A stretch of DNA of 42,892 nt, taken from contig JAGGRW010000191.1 of assembly GCA_021159385.1 (NCBI GenBank), positions 1 to 42,892 of the forward strand, given 5' to 3'. This document shows positions 10,464-17,479 of the stretch, piece after piece; position 1 is the first letter of the stretch; every line of letters starts with the position of its first letter. Below the pieces are notes generated by a model. That model did no database searches. It was not told the origin of the DNA and saw only the letters and a program-made list of their open reading frames with translations. A program made the position numbers and the translations under genes. Source of the stretch: Methanosarcinales archaeon (lineage in GTDB: Archaea > Halobacteriota > Methanosarcinia > Methanosarcinales > Methanogasteraceae).

Positions 10464-11615
10464 CACTTTAACGTACTCCACAGCCCCCCGACACATCAGA
10501 TGCACGCCCACGCACTCGGGAACCGTGTTCACGCCCTCCGCAATCTCGAAATGGCTCCCGCGAAGGTCGCAGGCTGCTGGCTTATCAGCCGTGACCGCAA
10601 TCTCCCGATCGGAGAAGACGACGGCGTCTGTCAGCGGATCGAACCGCTCAATCGTCGCAAGCGTCAGCGGGACGACCCGCAGGCTTGATCCACCGTGCAG
10701 GGACGTGGGAAGCCGGATCAGCCGTTTTATGTCGCCTGTGACCGGTTCATCGACACTTGCCCTGACCTCCTGCATGGCTTTCAGAATCAACCGGTTCCAG
10801 AGTGATTTCGGAACCCCTGCAAGAAATTTAATCTCTCCGTTCCTGATGCGTCCGATGTTCGCATCGCTAACAGAATCGAGAAGCCCGCCGTCAACCAGTT
10901 TCTTTGCTTTCATCGCCCCAATGCCGTCCAGTTCCTGCAGTTTGTTCACCGCGGTTTCAGGATCCTTGAGAGCCTGCAAATATCCAACAATCCACCGATT
11001 GATCTTGCGACTCCATCCGTGCCGCGTTTCTTTCGGAATCTCTGAAATCGACGAAGCAATGGACGTGGGCTTAATTGCAAGCCCTGCCCCGCTCACATAA
11101 TCCACAATCTCCCGCCGTTCCGCGCTCTCGAGCGTCCGCACCATCGGGTCGCGCACATGAACATGGTACCCGCGCCCTCCGGAGAAGACAATATCCATTG
11201 TTTCCTCTGAAAACCCGAAGTCATCTGTCAGAAAATCGAGCAGTCTCATGGTCTCACTCTTGACCCGCGCAAGCATCGCAGGATATGACCCCGGCGCATC
11301 CGGGAGGTGGTCTGCGTCCAGATCAAAGATCAGGTCTGCTCCAAGCCAGTTTTTGTCTGCCATCGTGCCAGCCCCGGGGTGCTCGTAATACGCGACCGAT
11401 GAGAACGCGTGCGCTGGAGCCATGCTCCGCAGGTATTCAAGTGCTTCCGGACGTGAGTGGAATGATGTATGCCTGCGCATCACGATCTTCGGCAGCGCAT
11501 CAAAGAGGATGAAGCCCCATTCCCGGTGCTCGAAGTCTGGCGGTAGCTGGATCGGGTACTCGAGGTAATATTCCTTGAATTTCTCTCGCAGGAAGTTTTT
11601 TGTGCGTTCGTTCAT
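10458..11615 (-). CDS. priS: Archaeal/eukaryotic-type DNA primase small (catalytic) subunit PriS
   Basis: 385-aa ORF. Catalytic DLIFDLDADH and FSGGRGYHVHV motifs. GC-rich (39/60 at 10501-10560). Its stop overlaps the recQ stop convergently (6 nt). Confidence 0.9.
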   Translation of the reverse strand: MNERTKNFLREKFKEYYLEYPIQLPPDFEHREWGFILFDALPKIVMRRHTSFHSRPEALEYLRSMAPAHAFSSVAYYEHPGAGTMADKNWLGADLIFDLDADHLPDAPGSYPAMLARVKSETMRLLDFLTDDFGFSEETMDIVFSGGRGYHVHVRDPMVRTLESAERREIVDYVSGAGLAIKPTSIASSISEIPKETRHGWSRKINRWIVGYLQALKDPETAVNKLQELDGIGAMKAKKLVDGGLLDSVSDANIGRIRNGEIKFLAGVPKSLWNRLILKAMQEVRASVDEPVTGDIKRLIRLPTSLHGGSSLRVVPLTLATIERFDPLTDAVVFSDREIAVTADKPAACDLRGSHFEIAEGVNTVPECVGVHLMCRGAVEYVKVL

Positions 11616-11659
11616 TTACGTGTTCACCCGATCAGAGAATTTCGGACGGAGTATCGTCT

Positions 11660-12019
11660 TTATTCACACCACACCACCTCCTTTTCTATCTCAGGTCTGA
11701 TATACGGACTCATGCCTCTGGTAGTGATCAGGTCTACATCTTTTCCGAATAGGTCTTCGAGAAAGAAGAGCAGATCCATAAAGTTGTCAAAGGTTGGTTT
11801 GTCGAATTCCACAAGCAGATCGATATCACTCGTCTCTTTCTGCTCTCTTCTCGCGTACGATCCGAATACGCCTATTTTCTTTACCCCATACCTTTTCTCT
11901 ATCTCTTTTTTGTGTTCTGCTATGGTTTCGATTGTGGTCATGGTCGTACCCTCCAGAGCGGCTCTGAGCCTTTTTGTTGCGTTCTCAAAATTTTCAAGCT
12001 GCACTTTTGCCTCAATCAT
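11660..12019 (-). CDS. Minimal nucleotidyltransferase (MNT, Pol-beta superfamily) carrying an N-terminal remnant of an HI0074-like HEPN partner
   Basis: NTase motif GVFGSYARREQKETSDIDLLVEF. The first ~26 codons (IEAKVQLENFENATKRLRAALEG) look like the start of a nucleotidyltransferase substrate-binding (HEPN) protein. An internal ATG at 11941 (MTTIETIAEHKK) could be the real MNT start. Confidence 0.75.
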   Translation of the reverse strand: MIEAKVQLENFENATKRLRAALEGTTMTTIETIAEHKKEIEKRYGVKKIGVFGSYARREQKETSDIDLLVEFDKPTFDNFMDLLFFLEDLFGKDVDLITTRGMSPYIRPEIEKEVVWCE

Positions 12020-12392
12020 AGATATTCACCCCGCTTTTGCGTATAATTGTTTTAAAATTTGGATTCACTCGATTCAGATCGACTACATCTATACTTTTAA
12101 GAGTGCGCAGTTCATCGATCTCGCCTCTTATCTTTGCTATCACACCAAGCGATATTTTTGATCCTGCATCGACTGCTATATCAAAATCAGAGGTCTCTGT
12201 GGCATCGCCTTTCGCTCTTGACCCGAAAAGAAAGATTCGTGCGTCGGGGAGGTACTTTGCTATTATATTTGTGGCATCTGCGAGTATCCCATCCGCGGAT
12301 AGGGGCTTTGGGTGTACTATCTGTTTCATTGCGGCATCTCCAAGTGATTTACTCTTATCTTCGCGGTCATGAGATTGTGAAGTTGCAGTCAT
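12012..12392 (-). CDS. Minimal nucleotidyltransferase (HI0073-like MNT)
   Basis: Motif IFLFGSRAKGDATETSDFDIAVD. C-terminus is VDLNRVNPNFKTIIRKSGVNIY. ATGA start/stop overlap with the upstream SNF2 gene. Confidence 0.8.
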   Translation of the reverse strand: MTATSQSHDREDKSKSLGDAAMKQIVHPKPLSADGILADATNIIAKYLPDARIFLFGSRAKGDATETSDFDIAVDAGSKISLGVIAKIRGEIDELRTLKSIDVVDLNRVNPNFKTIIRKSGVNIYD

Positions 12393-15300
12393 GAGATAAA
12401 ATCGATCACTACCAGTTTCAATAAATCCGGATCGTATGGCTCTAAAGGCTCTATGTGGCGCTCTTCCTTTCTCTTAAAAAAATCATCAAGTCTTCCCATC
12501 AATTTTTTCCAGTCCCCTGACTTCTGATACTCTCGCCATAATTTCCTGATCTCTCTGAGCCGTCGTTTGGTGAGAGGTATCTTCAACATTCTTTCTTTTA
12601 CCTGTTCCCATTTTTCTTCAGGCGTCCTATCTTCAGGAAACTCGAAGAAGTAGTTATTGACTTCTATGTCCAGTTCTTTGATGATGGTCTGGATGAACTT
12701 TGTGCTTTTATCTCGTATAATCTCTGGCAAAGACGTATCAATCTTCTGTTTTTGTTCTATCTCCTTGTATGTCAGTTCGATATCACTCAACACCTCTCCA
12801 TTAATCTCGTATATTCTATCAAAAAAATCAGGGATTACTCTCGCTTCATTTTTATCACATGAAATAAAGTCCACGATTGAACTCTTCGTTTTGATGATGC
12901 CCATAGTAGTTAGATCATAGAGATACCAGAAATGAAAGTCATCAGCATACTTATAATAAAAGAATATACCTCTCATTTTAGTAGTTTCCAGCCCACTATA
13001 AATCCCGTGTGGCAACTTTTCCAGTTCATCGAGTGCCATTTCTCTGGAAAAGTCCTTCAGAGGCTGATAGAATTTTTCACCTCCGCCGAATAATTCCTCT
13101 TCGAGTTCATCAAGAAGTGAATCATCTTTATCCTTTATCCGTCTGATCGTCCCAAATACCTTGGGATGGATTTCTTCGCCTAATATGGTCTGATCAAGCC
13201 CTATGGAGTCATCTATATTGATTATCTTCTGCTGAAGAATCGCCACCAGTTTGAGGAGATCTTCCAGTTCCTGTTCAGGGAAAAAGTTGTGGATGAAAAT
13301 TTTGTCATAAGGTGACCCAATCCTATCAATTCTCCCAGCTCTTTGAATCATTCTTGTTGGGTTCCAGTGCAGATCGTAATTTATGAGGATCCTTGCGGAT
13401 TGCAGATTCTGCCCTTCGGAAAGCACGTCCGTGCTGAAAAGGATATCTATGTTCTTATCAGTGAACTCTTTTACGATTTCCATTCTCTGCTTTGAGGGAG
13501 TTGTGCCGCATATCTTGACCACGTTCAGATTTTTAAAATTACTTGAATTAGATATATTATTAAAAATATAGTCAGTTGTATCGGCGTAGTACGAGAATAC
13601 AATTACCTGTTCATCACCACTGAATTTAAGCAACAACTCCTCCAATTTTCGAAGTTTCGCATCTTCGTCCGGACTGATATCTTTTATCCGATCAGAGATA
13701 CTTTCAAACATCCGTATATCGTGATCTATGTCCTCAAAAATCTCCTCCATCCTATATGCGGTCAAGTCAAAATCTTCCAGTTCTTCTGATATTTCGTCTA
13801 TTTCCTCATCCAGCATCATCAGATACTTATTAAAAGATTTTTTGGTCAGCAACTTTCCGTTTTCCATATACTTCTTGAGATTTATAAGAAATGTAATATG
13901 TTTTCGTATACTTCTTCTAAAAGCCTCAATACTGGATTCAAGTCTCTTTAAAAGGATCGTCCTGAAGATACCTTCCAGAGCTATCATCCTGCCGAGATCA
14001 AATTCTTCGTTTCTGGTGAGTTTCTCTTCCTTCTTGTATTGCAGCAGATGGTAATTGGGCATTTTTAATTTGTTGGTGATTATATCTGATATCTCGTTAT
14101 ACATACCCATATAGGCATCATTGAGGCGATAATCAACGTTTTCAAGCTCTCTTTTTGGAAATTTTATCTTTTTATTCTTTATTGTCGCATCTGGATAGTT
14201 CTTTATTATGTAGTCTCTTGTGCGCCTGATTGATATCTCATTCAAAACATCGCTCAACAGAGACGGATCTTCCAGTTTGTCCACCAGTTTGAAGAAATCA
14301 AAAAGATCGGAAATGTTCTCCCTGATAAAGGCTGTTTTGTTCATGCCCACAAGGAGCATCAACTGCCAGTAGAGGTCCCAGATGGTGTTGTTGATGGGTG
14401 TTGCGGTGAGGAACACTATGTACGGTCTTCTACCATCTTTTGCTATATGGTCATATACGAGTGTAAAGAAGTTCTCCCATTTATTGGACAGGGGATTCCT
14501 CAGGTTGTGGCTTTCGTCTACCACTATGAGTTCAACATCCTCAAGTCTTTCCGACGTTGCTCTTCTTGCTTTCTGCAAATATTCTTCAGATGCAAGTTCT
14601 TCCAGCGACATAATACTCTCGGTAAGTATCAGATCCTTGACCTCGCTGCGCCACATCTCCCTGAGTTGTGCGGGACATATTACAAGAAACCTCTTTCGTT
14701 GATAGAAACCAAACTCTTCAATGATCTTTTTAGCGAGCCACGTCTTTCCCATTCCCACTGAATCTGCAACAAGCACTCCGCCATATTTTTCAAGCCGCGA
14801 AAGGATCCGGGTGACCGCATCTGCCTGAAATTCGGTCAACTCCACCATAGAACGTGGTCGATCCGGATCGCCATCCTCTTCACCCCATCTAATCTCGTCT
14901 TTCTGTAACTCATAGAGAGATTTGATGTAGACCTGATATGGAGTGTATTCGTTGGTTCCGAATCTCGAATCCTCAAGTATCTGTATCAGTTCTTCCCTGA
15001 AATCTCTGGTACATTCGTGATTCCAGAACTTCTCGAACCACTCTCTCCTTGTGTACTGGGCTGCTGCCTGAAGGGATACAGAGTTGAGTTCGGTGTTGTG
15101 TGTCAGACCTGCGACTGTGAAGTTTGAAGAGCCTACGATCACCAGATCATCGAAGATATACGCTTTGCCGTGGAGAAAGCCACCCTCGTATATTTTCACT
15201 TCCACGTTGTCTTTTTTGAGAAAGTCGATCAGCGATTTGACCGAATCCTCGCAATCCGTGATCAGGTCGAATCCTTCGATCTCGTTTTTAACCCTGAATA

Positions 15301-15532
15301 ACAGTTCATCCCCAAATGTGCGGTCGGTTTTTATCTCGGGTGCCCTGCCAATGAGAAGACGGAAACTGTTTACACCGTCCAGTTCCTCGCGCAATATGGC
15401 ATAAGCTCCAACGTTGAAGAAGGCTGTTGCTATATCGAAATTTACCTCATTTGAATCCCTGAGCGTCTCTTTGAGAAAGGTTGAGAGCCTGTTATCTTCG
15501 CTGTTATCGATTATCTCGCGTGGTACTGGCAT
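12389..15532 (-). CDS. PLD-family (single HKD) nuclease domain fused to an SNF2-family helicase/translocase
   Basis: 1047 aa. N-terminal HKD motif HGKAYIFDDLVIVGSSNFTVAG. SNF2/SF2 motifs ADSVGMGKTW (I), LIVVDESHNLRN (II, DExH), FLTATPINN (III), LSEGQNLQ (V), HWNPTRMIQRAGRIDRIGS (VI). About 300 aa of unassigned C-terminus. Confidence 0.85.
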   Translation of the reverse strand: MPVPREIIDNSEDNRLSTFLKETLRDSNEVNFDIATAFFNVGAYAILREELDGVNSFRLLIGRAPEIKTDRTFGDELLFRVKNEIEGFDLITDCEDSVKSLIDFLKKDNVEVKIYEGGFLHGKAYIFDDLVIVGSSNFTVAGLTHNTELNSVSLQAAAQYTRREWFEKFWNHECTRDFREELIQILEDSRFGTNEYTPYQVYIKSLYELQKDEIRWGEEDGDPDRPRSMVELTEFQADAVTRILSRLEKYGGVLVADSVGMGKTWLAKKIIEEFGFYQRKRFLVICPAQLREMWRSEVKDLILTESIMSLEELASEEYLQKARRATSERLEDVELIVVDESHNLRNPLSNKWENFFTLVYDHIAKDGRRPYIVFLTATPINNTIWDLYWQLMLLVGMNKTAFIRENISDLFDFFKLVDKLEDPSLLSDVLNEISIRRTRDYIIKNYPDATIKNKKIKFPKRELENVDYRLNDAYMGMYNEISDIITNKLKMPNYHLLQYKKEEKLTRNEEFDLGRMIALEGIFRTILLKRLESSIEAFRRSIRKHITFLINLKKYMENGKLLTKKSFNKYLMMLDEEIDEISEELEDFDLTAYRMEEIFEDIDHDIRMFESISDRIKDISPDEDAKLRKLEELLLKFSGDEQVIVFSYYADTTDYIFNNISNSSNFKNLNVVKICGTTPSKQRMEIVKEFTDKNIDILFSTDVLSEGQNLQSARILINYDLHWNPTRMIQRAGRIDRIGSPYDKIFIHNFFPEQELEDLLKLVAILQQKIINIDDSIGLDQTILGEEIHPKVFGTIRRIKDKDDSLLDELEEELFGGGEKFYQPLKDFSREMALDELEKLPHGIYSGLETTKMRGIFFYYKYADDFHFWYLYDLTTMGIIKTKSSIVDFISCDKNEARVIPDFFDRIYEINGEVLSDIELTYKEIEQKQKIDTSLPEIIRDKSTKFIQTIIKELDIEVNNYFFEFPEDRTPEEKWEQVKERMLKIPLTKRRLREIRKLWREYQKSGDWKKLMGRLDDFFKRKEERHIEPLEPYDPDLLKLVVIDFIS

Positions 15533-15534
15533 AT

Positions 15535-16305
15535 TTAGTCCTCGGTAAGTTTCAGTTGAACGGTTCTATGTGGGTGGATATTATGTGGATTGGGCTGAGG
15601 CGGATAGAATATCCCTATGATCAACCAGGAACCAAATCGAAAATGCGTTCCCATGAAGAAGTACATGTCCCTCGTCTTCATGAAATCGAAGAATCTCGCT
15701 TTTATCTTCTCTTCTATGACCTTCCGGTCATTTTCTCTCCGCATGACGTTTCTTGCCAGTTCGTTTAATTCCCAGTCGATCAAGATTATGTTATGACCTC
15801 TGCATTCTGGTTCATCCCTGCATCTGAAGCGATACTTCAGTTCCACAGGCATCTTCACCCGTTCTCGACGCTCCAGATAATCGCCTGCGATGGAAAAATA
15901 GGTCTGTTCATCATAAATATCAGTGCTGTTCACTGTTACATCGATTCCCTGCAATTCGGGTTTGATCACGCCAAGACTGGCGTTCTCTTCACTTAATTTT
16001 TCGATGGAAGAGACCAGTGGTAAAATCCGCTCCCGCACCTCTTCATCGGTTAATCGTGAGCTCATATTCTGGTGATGGATAACCTTTCTGCTCTCTCTTC
16101 TTTTATCGTTGTCCGGATTTGCAAGAGTAACTTCTATCAGGTCTCTTTTCCTGAAATCGATCAGTCCCTCCCCGTAACTGAACCTGAAAGGATACAACCG
16201 CCTCCACTGGTTGTTCTCATTTATTCCAGCTACGCACACCAGATGGTCGTGTTTCCTGCTTTGTTCTGGCGTTGCTCTGACCAGCACAAGGATTTGTTCT
16301 TTCAA
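15535..16305 (-). CDS. Hypothetical protein (256 aa), no family recognised
   Basis: Tightly packed in the operon (4-nt overlap upstream, 2-nt gap downstream). Notable strings are HLVCVAGINENNQWRRLYPFRF, FRCRDEPECRGHNIILIDWE and FFMGTHFRFGSWLIIGIFYPP. Confidence 0.6.
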   Translation of the reverse strand: MKEQILVLVRATPEQSRKHDHLVCVAGINENNQWRRLYPFRFSYGEGLIDFRKRDLIEVTLANPDNDKRRESRKVIHHQNMSSRLTDEEVRERILPLVSSIEKLSEENASLGVIKPELQGIDVTVNSTDIYDEQTYFSIAGDYLERRERVKMPVELKYRFRCRDEPECRGHNIILIDWELNELARNVMRRENDRKVIEEKIKARFFDFMKTRDMYFFMGTHFRFGSWLIIGIFYPPQPNPHNIHPHRTVQLKLTED

Positions 16306-17162
16306 AGGTGAATTACCTCCTTATTTTGCTGCATTTCGATTTGACTGGCAATAACACCTCTGTGGCACAGGTTTACATCTGCTTCGAAGCATAAGAGAGC
16401 CGCCCTGTGATCTTCACCCAATCCGATGATTCGCTCTACCTCTTCAGGATGTTCTTTCAGTGTCGTGGCTTCATATCGCTTGAATAACATCTGGTAGTCC
16501 CTTCTGGTTACGAGATTTTTTCTTGATTCTCCGTCGATCCCGAGTTCAGGGATGTGGGTGTACCCGATGTCCACTTTTCCCAGATAATTCTCCAGTTTGC
16601 TTCTTGTAAAACTGAAATTCATGCTGAAAGGGTTCTTTCTGACATCGATCAGGAGGTCTATCTGGTTTTTTATCATGGTGTTCAGGAAGGAATCGATGTC
16701 TCTGCCCTCGTAGCCGATTGTGAAAAGAGCGGGGGGGCATTTATTTCTGGTGGCAGGGACAATCTCACTCTTCACCGTGTATTCAGGGTATTTACTGTAT
16801 ACATATTCTCTTATCTCACGGTCGGAATTGAACCTGCTGGTGACTCGTTTTACTTTCATAGACGCCTTGCGGTCTGCACTGGCGGCAGCTTTTCTTCCTG
16901 CTTCAGTCGGTGTCAGGTGCGTTCCGTCTTCTGCCAGGAGCCCAGCCTGTTCGAGTTTATAGAGGTCAGCGTAACATACATTGGAAAAAGGACCGTACCT
17001 ATAGGGAAAGAAGTTATAGAACTTGATGAGACGCCCCACAGTTTCCTCCTGGGCGAGCAGAAAGAGAGTTTTTACGAGCATGAATCTGGATGAGTTCTCG
17101 TTCTCTGATAGGCTTTCCACTACTTTCAGGAGGATTCGCTGTTTGTGGGTCAGGAGTTTCAT
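16302..17162 (-). CDS. Fusion of an N-terminal Panacea/DUF4065 (SocA/YwgA-like) winged-helix domain with a C-terminal DUF488 domain
   Basis: The N-terminal part, LVKTLFLLAQEE...FYNFFPYRYGPFSNVCYADLYKLEQAGLL, fits the K-L-x-Y-L...Y-GP pattern of Panacea-type domains. The C-terminal part, TIGYEGRDIDSFLNTMIKNQIDLLIDVRKNPFS...HIPELG...ALLCFEADVNLCHRGVIA, fits DUF488 (YeaO-like). Both assignments are from memory of the family motifs. Confidence 0.65.
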   Translation of the reverse strand: MKLLTHKQRILLKVVESLSENENSSRFMLVKTLFLLAQEETVGRLIKFYNFFPYRYGPFSNVCYADLYKLEQAGLLAEDGTHLTPTEAGRKAAASADRKASMKVKRVTSRFNSDREIREYVYSKYPEYTVKSEIVPATRNKCPPALFTIGYEGRDIDSFLNTMIKNQIDLLIDVRKNPFSMNFSFTRSKLENYLGKVDIGYTHIPELGIDGESRKNLVTRRDYQMLFKRYEATTLKEHPEEVERIIGLGEDHRAALLCFEADVNLCHRGVIASQIEMQQNKEVIHL

Positions 17163-17479
17163 CTCCCCACACTCCTCGCCTTATCAAGCCTGTTCTTCAC
17201 CAGTTCAGCCACCGCCCAGTAAACCTCTTTCCGCTCATCGTCCGTTAAGCCGATAGCGTCAAAGACCACATCATCCAGTGCTTTTCTGTCGGGCAGGGGT
17301 TCAGGCTCCTGCTCGCGGATGGGTTTTGCGGGGTCGAAGCCGAGTTCGGTGATGATGGATTGAATATCTCGTTTTGATATTTGACTAAATAGTTTTTCAA
17401 TATCTTTTATGTCTCTCACTTTTGGAATGAGCAAATCTTTTACTTCATATACTGGCGTTTTTAGCGCCCCCTCCCCCAA
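17159..17479 (-). CDS. Detached C-terminal tail module of an Eco57I/type IIG-like DNA methyltransferase (106 aa, TTG start in the track)
   Basis: Residues GEGALKTPVYEVKDLLIPKV...RDIQSIITELG align without gaps to the last 48 aa of the upstream 1171-aa ORF. The ORF then continues with a tail, RKALDDVVFDAIGLTDDERKEVYWAVAELVKNRL, that the large ORF lacks. It overlaps both neighbours (19 nt and 4 nt). Confidence 0.55.
   Translation of the reverse strand: MGEGALKTPVYEVKDLLIPKVRDIKDIEKLFSQISKRDIQSIITELGFDPAKPIREQEPEPLPDRKALDDVVFDAIGLTDDERKEVYWAVAELVKNRLDKARSVGR

Noticed and set aside
4949-11100. Other long antisense ORFs (4949..5455 -, 5674..6135 -, 6304..6744 -, 7527..8165 -, 10525..11100 +)
   Set aside because: Each lies fully inside, and antisense to, a gene with strong family signatures (coiled-coil protein, DUF373, gpmI, priS). 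None has recognisable motifs.
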